Position numbers and translations under genes: made by a program. DNA of 64,000 nucleotides. Origin: Octopus vulgaris. Its lineage: Eukaryota. This document shows positions 13,266-24,951 of the stretch, piece after piece. Numbering within the stretch: position 1 is the stretch's first letter; each line of letters begins with the position of its first letter. The notes beneath the pieces were generated by a model. That model was not told the DNA's origin. It worked only from the letters and a program-made list of their open reading frames with translations, and made no database searches. The DNA lies in NCBI GenBank assembly GCA_951406725.2, contig OX597824.1:52142001-52206000 (forward strand), in the 5' to 3' direction.

Positions 13266-14328
13266 AAATACAGGCTAATTCTTTCATTCACTCGTTCGTT
13301 AATTCGTTCCTTCATTTATTGACGCAGCACATTTTTTTCAGTCTCATCCCTGAATTGTTATTTCAGTCATCCATCATTTAAACCTTAGTCATATCCCAGC
13401 GTTCTTTACTAACATAAGCATTCGAAAAATTACACTCAACTAATTCAACCCCTCCTTCCACTAATTACTGGATTACTGACTCAATCTGTCACTCATATCA
13501 TCCCACATATTCATTCAAACATAAATCTTTTGAATCATTTATTCAAGCCCTTACACTCATTCATTTCCTCACTGACTCACTCACTCAATCATCTACGCGT
13601 CTTCTCCCGGTTACTGGTTCGTATAGTCATTTGCTCCTTCACTCGTTTACTTATGTAATACCTCAATCAGTATGTCTACTCACCCTTATCGTTACTTACA
13701 CCTAATAAATATCCCATCTTAAATGTAAAAAATACATTATTCAAAATCACGTTCTTCCTTTTTCTTCTTTTAAGATAACAGGGAGCGATTTGAGGGTTGC
13801 TTGACTGCTATTTATAGCAGGTCAACCGATCACGTAAATACTCCTTCATTGATTCAAGCTAAATAAACATTGCTTTGGTACAATACTATTAAAACCGGAA
13901 GAACTCGCAAATGAAAAATATATTCTACACGTTGAAAGTGAATGACGGGAGAAGGAAATTCTGTACACAAATTTGTCTTTTTGCTAAATATACCTTTCTT
14001 ACTACGAATTAATATATTTACGCACATTAGGCGGCAAATTACGGGGAATAATGATGCATACGTATGAAGCATTTTTTCGATCAGTTTTTTTAGTCTAAAA
14101 TCTCAGCAACAAAAGTAAGGAATTTGCAGTGTCTCAAATATTATCAGTGTCTCACGTATGTAATCTCTCTTATTTATCAAAAGCACATCACTTCTATCGC
14201 TTACTGATTCTCACTGAACAATTCAGATGTACGTTCACTCGCATATCCTTTCACATGTCCCAAACAAACAAAGCAGTGTGTGTGTGTGATTGTGTGTGTG
14301 CGTGTGTGCATTCATCTATCTATCTATC

Positions 14329-14369
<41 letters not shown>

Positions 14370-14645
14370 CAATTCTTTTTTATTGGCCACAAGGGCTGAC
14401 ACGCATGATTACATAAAGGGACAAAACAGGACGAAAGGTTACAAAGGGTTTTGTCCGTTTTTGAAAAACATCGAGTAAAAATCTTTATAACAACTTATAA
14501 AATTCAACAATGAAAAACTCCCAAAAGGGGGAGACGTTTCGAAAGGTTCCTGGTGGAAAAACCCTACAAAAGCCAACGGGAGCCTGGTCAAAAAAAGGGT
14601 GTAGAGAGTCCCCTTTTTTTCTCCTTTTGTATTACCTTTTTGAAA

Positions 14646-17600
14646 TCACAGGCGAAACCTGAGAACTGGTCCATTTATACAGGCCAGTCTCGCACAATTC
14701 ACCCACCTTTCATAAAACTTGCTATCGGACAGCACTTTCCTCTCTAACCTCATCTTCCTTTTCAAGTGAAACTTGAAAAAGTTGATGAGGCCTTGACCAA
14801 AGAGGAAAGTGTCTGTCTTTAGCCCTTTCAAACGAGTCCACCACACGACCTCTTTCGCCACAGCCACTAGGCACAAGAAAACGGCCTCGCCCTCCTTGTT
14901 AAAGGAGGTCGGCGGGGCAATCTTCACTATGGATTCGGCCGATAGTCGGATCCGTCCTACACGTGACAGTAGCTGTTCGACATAAACCCATATTTCAGCA
15001 ATACTCGGGCACTGGACGAGTGTGTGCAGAACGGTTTCGTCGTCCTGGCAACACCTCGGGCAGGCCCGGCTGACGGCACTTCCGTGCCGGTAGAGTTTAT
15101 CTCGAACAGGCAGAGCCCCTCGGTAGCACTGCCAGGCGAGAGACCTCTGGAAATTATCCATCGGCCCCGGCCCGAAAGTCCTCCCGAACAGACCGCTCAG
15201 TTCGTCGTCTTCAACGCCTAGAGTTTCCCCGAGAACGTCGTCGCATTTTTCCTCCACTAACCCTCTATAGAACGCTAGAGTGGAGCTGTAACCGATCGCA
15301 TTGCCCGCCTGGCGGAGGGCGGAGAGGGCTTGACGGCACTCGAGGTGCCAAGCGCCCTTTCTCGGTCTACGTTTGATCCAGGTCTGCAGCTCCGTCAAAG
15401 AGACGAGCTGCGGAAAATCGCGTCTGACAAAAGACGACCACACCTGTTCACCGTCTAGGAAACGCTTGGGATGCCGCAGCCTGAGCGCATGTCTGCGCAA
15501 CAGCAACCACGGCATTCCAAGGCCTCCGTTCAGCGGTCGTTGACAGCAGATGGATCGCCTGACCAGTGGCACCTGACCCTTCCACAAAAAGTCGAAGAGC
15601 AGGCGTACCAGCTTGGCCAACCAGCGGTCGGGACAAGGGACGACGGTCAAGCGGTAATAGATGACGGATGCGATGTACGCATTCGCCACCTCTGCTCGAC
15701 CTTTCAGGGACAGCTTCCTCTCGGCCCATTTCTGGGTGAGACGTGCCACCCTGCTCGTCACCTCTTCCCAGTTCTTATCCACCTGGAGGTCCGGACCGAA
15801 CCAGACCCCGAGCAGTTTAACGGGTCCGTCTGTCCAGCGCCCTACGACGCTGTTGGACGGCATGGGCTTGCCTCTCCAGGTGCCCAGCTGCAAGCCCACA
15901 GACTTTTCCGCGTTAATCTTTGCCCCTGTCACCGCTTCGTACTGGTTTAGCGTCTCGCCAATCAGGCCAATGTGCCTGTGGCTCGACACCACCACGGTGA
16001 CGTCGTCGGCATAAGCAGACACGCTGTTTCCGCCTCCTAGATCGCGCGGGATACCCCTCAAAGCCTCCAACTTGCGCAGTAATGGCTCGAGAGTCAAAAT
16101 GTACAAGAGGGAGGAGAGAGGGCATCCTTGGCGGACCGAACGCGAGATGACGAACGGTTCCGAAAGGTGACCGTTCACCCGTATCACCGAGCAGATGTTG
16201 CTGTATAAAGCAGCTATCCACCCGCGGAAGACTGGACCGAAGCCGGCTGCCTTGAGGACAGCTGCCAGGTACCGATGGTCGACCCTATCGAAGGCTTTAC
16301 TCTGATCCAAGTTGATCAAAGCCCCACCCGCGCCAGCGTCGTTACCCACCCTCTCTATGATGTAGCGCATGAGATGGAGGTTGTCGTGTATCGACCTGGT
16401 CGGCACGGCGCATGTCTGCGTCTTGCCGACCAGCTTGTCCACGACAAGCGCCAATCTCTTGGCTAGCACCTTGGCCAAAATCTTCAACTCTGCATTGAGC
16501 AGAGTGATGGGCCGGAAATTCCCTATAACGTCCCCCTTGTTTGGGTCCTTCTTTAGCAAAGCCACCACCCCTCGACAGACAAAAGCAGGAATTCTCCCGT
16601 TTTGCTGCCAGTTGCAGTAGACGTTTGCCAACAGGTCCGCAAACAAGTCTGGCATTGAAAAGTAAAGCTCGTAGGGCAGACCATCCAAACCCGACGATCT
16701 ACCTCTCGTGCAACTCTTCATCGCTTCCTGTACTTCCCAGGCAGATATCGGTCCTTCGCAGCACTCTGCCTCGCTGTCCGAGAGTTGCGGTAGGCCGTCC
16801 AGGTACACACCGAAGTCTGCACCGTTGTCCGTTCCACCGCTCGTCCCAAACAGTTGAGCAAAGTGCCGCTGAAGCACCGTACACATCTGCTTCGGTTCGG
16901 TAACCTCGCGCCCGTTCTGGTCCACCAAAGACCGAATGGTTGCTCTGTTGCCTCGCTTCGCCTCCGCCACGCGGGCCCATCGAGCGGCTCTAGTCCCCTC
17001 CCCGCTTAGCGAACGTGCCTTAGCTCTGACAACGCAGCCTTCGTGTTTGGCGTCGAAGTGTTGGTCGAGGGCCAACCTTGCCGCCAACACGTCGGTCGCG
17101 ATGCCAGTGTCAAGAGCCTCGTCTAGTTTCTTAACTAAATCCCGCTCTCTCTTCCTACGTTCAATAGCTAGAGTCTTACTATAGCTAATCGACTCTACTA
17201 TAATTGCTCTCTTGAGGGCAAACCACCAGTTGTTGTTGATGATTGCCCCCGTGAGCGCCCGCTTAACTAGTAAACTAATCCGGTCTCTGTAAGCTTTGCA
17301 CGCCGTTAATGACGCGTTCAGCTTCCAGTAGCCGGGTCCCTGTCTATGTAGCCTATCTAAGTCGACCGTACAGATCACTAATTTGTGGTCCGTATATTCG
17401 ACTAGGTGGAATTGTGGACACCCTACGCTGTCCTTATCCGCTGGCCTACAAAACACTATATCTAAGTACGATCTAGACGACCCGATGCGGTTTGTCCAAG
17501 TCCACATTGGCACATTCGGGTTGTCTAGTCGAAAACTGTCGGACAGCTGAAAGCGGCCGAGTAGGTTGGCGAGGCTCTTGCACCCTCCCCCTCTCCCATC

Positions 17601-18077
17601 AGACGCTCCCCTGCCCACCCGATCGAAACGTTCGTCTAAGACAGCGTTCCAATCCCCAACTAGCACTAGAGTGCGTGACGTTCCCAGGAAAACTTCCAGA
17701 CGTTTGAAATAATCCGACTGCCCTGCTCCTGTCGGAGCGTAGGCAGCCAGCAGTCTGAAAGCACCGCCGTCACTACCGTCGACGTCGAGGACCACCAACT
17801 TACCTTCCGGATCCAGGAAGACTGTCCTTATTTTCAGGTCCAGGCCCTTCCGAAACAACACCGCAGTACCACCACCGCCCGCTCCCGGCCGACACGGAGA
17901 TAGAAATATCTCGTATCCGCCGAAAAGGGCTGCGAGTTCCTGCGGGTCGGAGAGCCTGGTTTCACTGATGGCTGCTACATCCACATCATGAAACCTCAGG
18001 TAGTTTAACAGGTGACCCTGTTTCCAAGGTGACCCGAGGCCTCTCACATTCAAGCAACCGATTCTAAGATTTGCCAT
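14646..18077 (-). CDS. LINE ORF2: APE endonuclease + reverse transcriptase + C-terminal zinc finger (1143 aa, uninterrupted)
   Basis: APE motifs LNVRG, SETR, GDWN, YLD, TDH; RT motifs GLDG, FRPITLLN, DQSKAFDRVDH, RQGCPLS, YADD; C-terminal CPRC..ETVLHTLVQC. Confidence 0.97.
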   Translation of the reverse strand: MANLRIGCLNVRGLGSPWKQGHLLNYLRFHDVDVAAISETRLSDPQELAALFGGYEIFLSPCRPGAGGGGTAVLFRKGLDLKIRTVFLDPEGKLVVLDVDGSDGGAFRLLAAYAPTGAGQSDYFKRLEVFLGTSRTLVLVGDWNAVLDERFDRVGRGASDGRGGGCKSLANLLGRFQLSDSFRLDNPNVPMWTWTNRIGSSRSYLDIVFCRPADKDSVGCPQFHLVEYTDHKLVICTVDLDRLHRQGPGYWKLNASLTACKAYRDRISLLVKRALTGAIINNNWWFALKRAIIVESISYSKTLAIERRKRERDLVKKLDEALDTGIATDVLAARLALDQHFDAKHEGCVVRAKARSLSGEGTRAARWARVAEAKRGNRATIRSLVDQNGREVTEPKQMCTVLQRHFAQLFGTSGGTDNGADFGVYLDGLPQLSDSEAECCEGPISAWEVQEAMKSCTRGRSSGLDGLPYELYFSMPDLFADLLANVYCNWQQNGRIPAFVCRGVVALLKKDPNKGDVIGNFRPITLLNAELKILAKVLAKRLALVVDKLVGKTQTCAVPTRSIHDNLHLMRYIIERVGNDAGAGGALINLDQSKAFDRVDHRYLAAVLKAAGFGPVFRGWIAALYSNICSVIRVNGHLSEPFVISRSVRQGCPLSSLLYILTLEPLLRKLEALRGIPRDLGGGNSVSAYADDVTVVVSSHRHIGLIGETLNQYEAVTGAKINAEKSVGLQLGTWRGKPMPSNSVVGRWTDGPVKLLGVWFGPDLQVDKNWEEVTSRVARLTQKWAERKLSLKGRAEVANAYIASVIYYRLTVVPCPDRWLAKLVRLLFDFLWKGQVPLVRRSICCQRPLNGGLGMPWLLLRRHALRLRHPKRFLDGEQVWSSFVRRDFPQLVSLTELQTWIKRRPRKGAWHLECRQALSALRQAGNAIGYSSTLAFYRGLVEEKCDDVLGETLGVEDDELSGLFGRTFGPGPMDNFQRSLAWQCYRGALPVRDKLYRHGSAVSRACPRCCQDDETVLHTLVQCPSIAEIWVYVEQLLSRVGRIRLSAESIVKIAPPTSFNKEGEAVFLCLVAVAKEVVWWTRLKGLKTDTFLFGQGLINFFKFHLKRKMRLERKVLSDSKFYERWVNCARLACINGPVLRFRL

Positions 18078-18121
18078 GTCTCAAAAGTAGGGGAAAAAAA
18101 AAAGGAGAAAAAAGGCTCTAC

Positions 18122-19464
18122 TTACTGTTGTTGGTGGTGGGGGTGGTTCCCTTGTGGCACAGGTGCTTCCACAATGTTTTTATAAAGTTTCTTCGAGAAA
18201 CTTTTCCCTAGCGATCCCACATCGTTAGGGAATATTTGTTTGATTTCATCATATGTTTTTGCATTTATTTTTATTGTGAGAATGTGTGCTGGTGGTGTGT
18301 TTTGTGTTGGTATGATGAAATCAGTTATATTTGTACTAGTTTTGTTTTTTAAGTACTCCACTAGTTTTTGGTTCTTTGTGTTTATTGATGTAATTGTGTC
18401 TGTGTGTGTTTGTGTGTGTGGCAGTGGCAGTAGTGGTGTCGAAAGTGTTGTTGTTGATGTTTGGAAGCACTATTTGTTCGTGCTTCCCCTGTAAATCTTT
18501 TTGTTTTTTCCTCCTTTTCTTCTTTGGAGGCACTATGCTCCATTCTCCTTTGTTGGAATCAGAACTCGCACAATCCGACTCTTCATCCGGCAAAGGAATG
18601 GTTGAGGGGTCTGCTTCAGTAGCAGGACGAAAGGTTTTTGGTTCCGCCGGTATCGGTGGTGCCGCTGCTCCTGTTGCTGTTGATGTTGCTGCTGTCGACC
18701 TTCGAGGTACTGGTGTCGGTGTTGGTTTGGTGGTGGTTGTTGTTGTTGGAGGTGGTGTTGTTCGTCTTGGTGCTGGTGATGGTGTTGGTGGTGTGGCAGC
18801 TTTTGGTGTTTCGTGCTGTTTCTGTTGTTGTTTCTGTTGTTGTTGTTTCTGTTGTTGTTGTTGTTGTTGCTTCCTCTTGTTGTACTCCTCCATCCTCTTT
18901 TTTTGAATGGGGCAGTCCCTCTTTAAGTGGCTTTCGCTGCTGCAGAGGAAACATTTTGGCTTTCGCCCCTCCACAGCAACGTTTAGCCTGGTGCCGTCCG
19001 GCAAACTCACGAAATCAGGGACTTTGCTGATATTTTCTTGCTGAATTTACGCAAGAAGCAGCACTCCCATCCCCAACCAGTTTTTCTCCCTCACTCTCCT
19101 GACATCTAGAATGGTGGTAGTGTCCTCTATATCATAGAGGACAGCTGCCACCAGCCATGACATATCTAGTTCAGGGGGGACAAGGTCGATCTTTATTTTT
19201 GTTACTCTTCGCCCGAGGTGGGTTGGGACTAGTAACAAATTCTCAGTTTGCAAGGGCGAAATGGCGTTCGCCCTTGCAAGCTCCTCTGTTGGGAAGCGAA
19301 CCTCCACGGTTCCGAAACGCTTCCCCTTGGTTACGTAGCTCTTTTGGGCCCAAATGGGCTTTAGAGCTATCTCTAACTGTTGGGGTGTGGCATTTGTCAT
19401 TTTTTTCAGTTTCCTATCGAAAACTTTGTATGTGATTGTTTTTTTGTTTGTGTCTTCAATCACC
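18122..19464 (-). pseudogene. LINE ORF1 (CCHC zinc knuckle) with one nonsense codon and one frameshift
   Basis: ORFs 19047-19634 and 18336-19010 are in the same frame, separated by a single TAA at 19047-49. Contains CFLCSSESHLKRDC and poly-Q/Pro-Thr tracts. Frameshift near the CA-repeat at ~18400 leads into the 18122-18361 frame. Confidence 0.88.
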
Positions 19465-19949
19465 TCTATGCATATATACATACATACATACATGTACATA
19501 CATATATATGTATATACATAAGCATATATGGACGTCAAAAAACGTAAACAACAGGAAAACGAGAACATGAAATACGAATAAATGCATAACGAACTTTGCG
19601 AATAAAGAAAGAAACAAATGGAAAAACAAGACATGCAACATAAAGAACAATCCTTTTGTGTTATCTACTCCGCATTTCGAGCATTACGACAAAATGTGTC
19701 TTCGTCAGAACAGTTGCTCCAGCAAAGCAAATTAAATAATATTTGGGATTTGCGGAGGTTCAAAGCTGGTAACAAAAATCAGGACAGTGAAAACAAACGG
19801 TAAGGGCTGTTAAGCCATAATGACAGGAGAGAGGCAAGAATGCGTCCTATCCCTGTAGCTAAACGAACGGAAAGAAAGAAATTCAAGTTAGGAAACGAAA
19901 GATGACCGCTGGTCACGTGTGAGCAACGGGAGAGTCAAGGAGGGAGTGT

Positions 19950-19987
<38 letters not shown>

Positions 19988-20350
19988 GACAGATAGAGAA
20001 CGGTGAAGGAGGAGGAGAATAATAGAGAAAGGATGAGAGAGAAAAAAGGGGGATAAAAAGAATTAGAAAGAAGACGAGAGACGGAAATAGAAATAGTGAT
20101 AGATTTAGTGTCGCATCAGAATTATTAAGATAAAACTTACTTGGAAACGGATGCATGGCGTTCAGTCATATAATCATATGAATTATATATACATACATAC
20201 ATACATACATACATACATACATACATACATACATACATACATACATACATAAATACATACATACATACATACATACATACATACATACATACATACATAC
20301 ATACATACATACATGTACATACTTAGATATGTATATACATATGCATATAT
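19465..20350 (-). mobile_element. Non-coding repeat family R (retrozyme-like), slightly more than one unit
   Basis: Homologous to 60230-60680, 61495-62340 and 46230-46480. Terminal direct repeat 19491-19529 / 20312-20350. Hammerhead-like core CTGACGA..GAAA..GTA on the minus strand at 19658-19713. Confidence 0.65.
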
Positions 20351-20369
20351 ATATATATACACATACATA

Positions 20370-21193
20370 CGAGGTAGTATCAAAGAGTTATTGGACTAGT
20401 TCTGTGGCGCACCAACAGATGACAGCATACTGTTGTGTGCGCTGTGAGGGCTAACAGTGATATTCATGAGGCAGTGTGTTTTTGTGAACACATGTATGCT
20501 CTAGTCTGTGATTTTGTCATGGAGAAAAGATCTAACGTGAAATTTTGCGTTAAACTTGGGAAGTCTACTACAGAGTCATTGAGCATGCATGCATCGACGA
20601 ACAAGGGGCGTTCGCCATGTTTCGAGTGGCACGGGCGCTTCAAAAGCAGAAGAACGTTCCTGGAAGACGATGGGCGATCTGAAAGACCTGTCACGAGCGT
20701 CACCCCAGAAATGTGATATTGGGCATCGAGAATTCGTCCCTTCGGGCCTGACTGTCAATCGAAAGTTCTACTGTGACTTTTAGAAGCGTTTGAAGGAGGA
20801 CATTTGGCGAAAGCGACCGGATCTGAGGAGTGCCAAGAATTGGATTCTTCCTCGAGCTCTCCTCACTCGCAAGGTTATCACCCAAAACAACATGATATCG
20901 CTTCCGCACCGGCCCTATTCGCCAGATTTAGAACCTGCGAACATTCTTTCCCAAGATGAAAATGCAGCTCAAAGGTCGCCATTTTAACATCGCTGTCGAG
21001 ATCCAAAGCGAATCGCAGAAGGTCCTCGACTCACTTACGGAAAACGACTTCGAGGCCGGATTCCAAAAGTCGCAGGAACGTTGGGACCGGTGTACTGCTG
21101 CGCATAGTGACTATTTTGATGATAAAAATAACGTAAATAAGTTCTTTTTTTTATTAAACATAACTGATCCGGAAACCTTTTGATACCACCTCG
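20370..21193 (+). mobile_element. Internally deleted mariner element
   Basis: TA-flanked TIRs cgaggtagtatcaaa / tttgataccacctcg. Remnants MEKRSNVKFCVKLGKS, WHGRFK..EDDGRSERP, HREFVPSG.TVN, HRPYSPDL. Confidence 0.92.
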
Positions 21194-21742
21194 TACATAC
21201 ATACAGACAGACAGACAAAGAAACTGACAGACAAACAGACAGATACTTGTTTGCTGCTTTCGTGGATTTCCCTGATTCCGTGTTGCCAACTAATTCTATT
21301 GTGAATTTGAAATGGGAGCTTGAATATGGAATCTTTCATTAATTATATTGAATCTTTCATGGATGTGTTGCAGTTACTCTCTTGATAGAGCTTGGATTTC
21401 CTGCCTTTGATCTTCAAGGATTCTTCCACTCAGCATCAAAGTAAGAAACACCGTTAGTTCAGTTGGGCTCTTCTGCTACCTTTTCACAAGTTTCCACACG
21501 GCAGTCCTACGAATTGCACTATCCCTGCTAAGGGTGGTTGAACGGGTGCTATTTTCAAAATATCCGCATACCCAATAAATATAATGCATATATATTTACG
21601 TTTGTATATGTATATAACTGTATATGCATGTATATATGCATGGATGTATGCACATGTATGTATGGGTATATATGTATTTGTGTGGGGGTATGTAGATATG
21701 TATGTGTGTGTGTGTATGTATGTATATATGCATGTATGTATG

Positions 21743-21778
<36 letters not shown>

Positions 21779-22194
21779 TAGGAGATTGTGTAGGTGTTTA
21801 ATATATTTCTAATCATACGTAGAAATAGAAACACACGTAAACAATCTCCGTATTACACATTACACTAAACTTCATATCCACGAACAGATGTCAATTCTCC
21901 AGGTTTGGAACGATTAAATAGGCAAGAAATAAATGAAAGAAAATTCCACCTATCTTTTGAATAGACTACAGCAGTCAAATGAAACTTTGAAGAAATTTAA
22001 AGGTTGAGTATTTCTTAATATCCCCCCGGGAGCTTGTTACGGCTGTTACATGTCTACTTTTATCTTACGTCTTTTTCTACAACGATGTATTATCTTATCT
22101 ATCGAACGTTAGGCGGCGTTGCTTCGAAAATATAACTGCCACAGACAAGCAAATTATTAACGAAACAAACACATACAAATAGATAGCTAGGAAA

Positions 22195-22339
22195 GGCGGC
22201 GAGTTGGCAGAAACGCTAGCATGCCGGGCGAAATGCTTAGCAGTATTTCGTCTGCCGCTACGTTCTGAGTTCAAATTCCGCCGAGATCGACTTTGCCTTT
22301 CATCCTTTCGAGGTCGATATATTAAGTACCAGTTACGCA
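22195..22339 (+). mobile_element. SINE family A, 3'-deleted
   Basis: ggcggcgagttggcagaaacgctag...gagttcaaattccgccgag...aagtaccagttacgca, fused directly to Tc1 sequence. Confidence 0.9.
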
Positions 22340-23483
22340 AAGCGAACAATTGAAATTTAATCGATAGGTAGGGCTACATAATTTAGTATTTAGTTGACAT
22401 TCCCTTTGCAGTTTTTAATTCAGAAACTCTTTTTGGCATTGAACTGATGAGCTTTGTGACAGTCTCTTGTGTATTTCTGCCCACTTTTCACGCAACAATC
22501 GAAACAATTCATCTTTAGATTTAGGTTCCTGTCCAGTTTTTCGTATAGCTCTATCTAGTATGCTCCAAAGATTTTCAATTGGGTTCATGTCAGGAGATTG
22601 ACTCGGCCAAGGAAGCTTTTTGATCCCATTTTCAGTCCGCTGTGTGGCATGGAGCCTCATCTTCCATGAATAAAAACTCATTTTTCATTATGTTATCGTG
22701 TGAATACATCGAAAGTAGTCCTTGCTTAAGTATTTCAATGTATTTTTCAGAGTTTACGGTTCCAACACATTCGATCAGCTCAGACGACCATTGCTGGTGA
22801 TAGCTCTCCATACCATTGCAGTGATACCACCATGTTTCACAGTTGGTTGGAGCCGCTTCAAATCAAATTCTTGATTGGGAAGACTCCAGACCCAAACACG
22901 TCCATTGTCTGAAAATAATGCAAATCTGGATTCATCTGAGAAAATCACGCTATCCCCATATTAATAGGTTGAAGGAGAGGTTTTCATCTAGCTGCTCGTC
23001 CATAATACCCAAGCTTATGCAGATATGCAACACACGTTCTTGGACTAACTTTGGACTAACTTCTAACTGCTTTGCAATGTCAGAAGCCTTCGAACGGGGT
23101 TCGTTTTCCACAATTCTCTTCAAAGTTTCCTTTCCGAGGGCCCAGGTCGGCCGGGACGAGAATCTGTTCATTCTATTCCTTGGCTTTTGAATTGCACAAT
23201 AATTCTATTAACAGTAGCAAGAAGAATTTGAAGATTTTTGTCAATTTTTCGCTGGCTAAGACCAGCCTCAGATTGCCCTACAATAAGACCTCTTTGAAAA
23301 TCTGACAGCTCTGCAGAATTTTTTGTGCGTGGCATGGTTACTCTTCGCAAATGCTTAATATAATGGCATATGGAATGAAAAAGAATAATTAAATTGTAAA
23401 TTCTACACCGCTGAAAACATATTAAGACACTTAGATCAGACATTTTGAAAATTAAAGGTGTCTATTTACTTCCTGCATCTATG
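22334..23483 (-). mobile_element. Tc1 transposon relic (same family as 41549-42567), one TIR lost
   Basis: [20 protein letters not shown] start; WPSQSPDMNPIENLW motif; TIR aaggtgtctatttacttcctgcat at ~23450-23483. Confidence 0.93.
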
Positions 23484-23571
23484 TGTGTATATAAAAAATA
23501 TTCTTTTCTACTCTAGGCACAAAGCCCGAAATTCTTTTCATGTTACATCGTAACATACATATATATATATA

Positions 23572-23609
<38 letters not shown>

Positions 23610-23673
23610 TTATATATATCTATCTATCTTATATATATATATATATATATATAAGATAGATAGATATATATAA

Positions 23674-23708
<35 letters not shown>

Positions 23709-23818
23709 ACATATATATATATATGTATGTTACGATGTAACATGAAAAGAATTTCGGGCTTTGTGCCTAGAGTAGAAAAGAATATTTTTTATATACACAC
23801 ATAGATGCAGGAAGTAAA
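23465..23818. repeat. Local fold-back inverted duplication centred on a (TA)n tract
   Basis: 23465-23575 is the exact reverse complement of ~23708-23818 and spans the Tc1 TIR end plus a SINE tail fragment. Confidence 0.9.
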
Positions 23819-23951
23819 AAGTATGTATATATATATATATATATATATACATACTTTTATTGCAGTAGAAAAATTATCAAAAAAACTGTAACTCAGAGTT
23901 TCACGTTCCCGTTCGTCTGACAGTTGTGATGAAATACCTTTGATATTCGAA

Positions 23952-24042
<91 letters not shown>

Positions 24043-24224
24043 CATATATATATAATATTAGAGGAAAAATCAAAAACCAAGGCAGAACGAGTATATCGAG
24101 TCATTTAGAATAATTTAATTATGGTAAGGTGAATTTGAAGTCTTGCAGCCGTTTCTGGGATAACCCATGTGCTAGGTTATTATGTTCACGTACTGGACGT
24201 TCCATCACCAGAGACAAGGGCATT

Positions 24225-24425
24225 TTCTTTCTTTTTTTTATATTTATTTCAGTCATGTTGGAGCACCGCCTTTAGGTGAACAAAATGCCCCCGGGGCTTA
24301 TTCTTTGTGAGCCTAGTACTTATTCTATCGTTGTCTTTTGCCGAACCGCTAAGTTACGGGGATGTAAACACACCTACATCGGTTGTCAAGCGATGGTGGT
24401 GTTGACAAACATATGCAAACATACG

Positions 24426-24456
<31 letters not shown>

Positions 24457-24575
24457 TCAGTTTCCGTCTACCAAATCTACTCATAAGGGTTTGGTCGGCC
24501 CGATGCTATAGCAGAATGAACTCGTCCAAGGTACTACGCAGTGGGGCTGAATCTGAAACCATACACATCCATGCC
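24225..24575 (-). mobile_element. tRNA-like SINE family B
   Basis: ggagcaccgcc...agcctagtacttattctatcg...gctaagttacgggg...ttccgtctaccaaat...tggtcggcccga; same family as 48918-49330. Confidence 0.88.
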
Positions 24576-24951
24576 TGAATATTTTTGACAACGAAAAGTT
24601 ACAGTTTACAAGGAATAAAATTCAAAGCCTATAAGGAATGAAATAGCAGAATAACGAGTAAAAGTTATTAGAAGAATACAGGCAGGAGAATAATGTTCAG
24701 AACTCATCTTTTTCCAGAGGATATGGATGTTGGTCGGTACTTCCATGAAGGTACGAGTCTCTAGTTATAATCCCAGGTAAATCCAGACGGTATTTTGGCA
24801 GTATTTTGAATGATTTATTCCACTGAACATTATTATCCTGTCTGTATTCTTCTAACTGCCTTTACTCTTTATTCTTCTATTTTATTCCTTATAAACTGTG
24901 AATTTCATTTCTTGTAAACTACATTTTCCATGTCAAAAATATTCATACCTT

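Larger units (their letters stand above)
14333..19464 (-). mobile_element. Tx1/L1-clade non-LTR retrotransposon, near full length, 5' end missing within ORF1
   Basis: ORF1 with CCHC knuckle, 44-bp pyrimidine-rich spacer, intact ORF2, ~270-bp 3' UTR with AATAAA, then (TTA)n tail at 14333-14369. Confidence 0.95.

Noticed and set aside
15024-17707. Multiple ORFs overlapping LINE ORF2
   Set aside because: Antisense and alternate-frame shadows of a GC-rich coding sequence.
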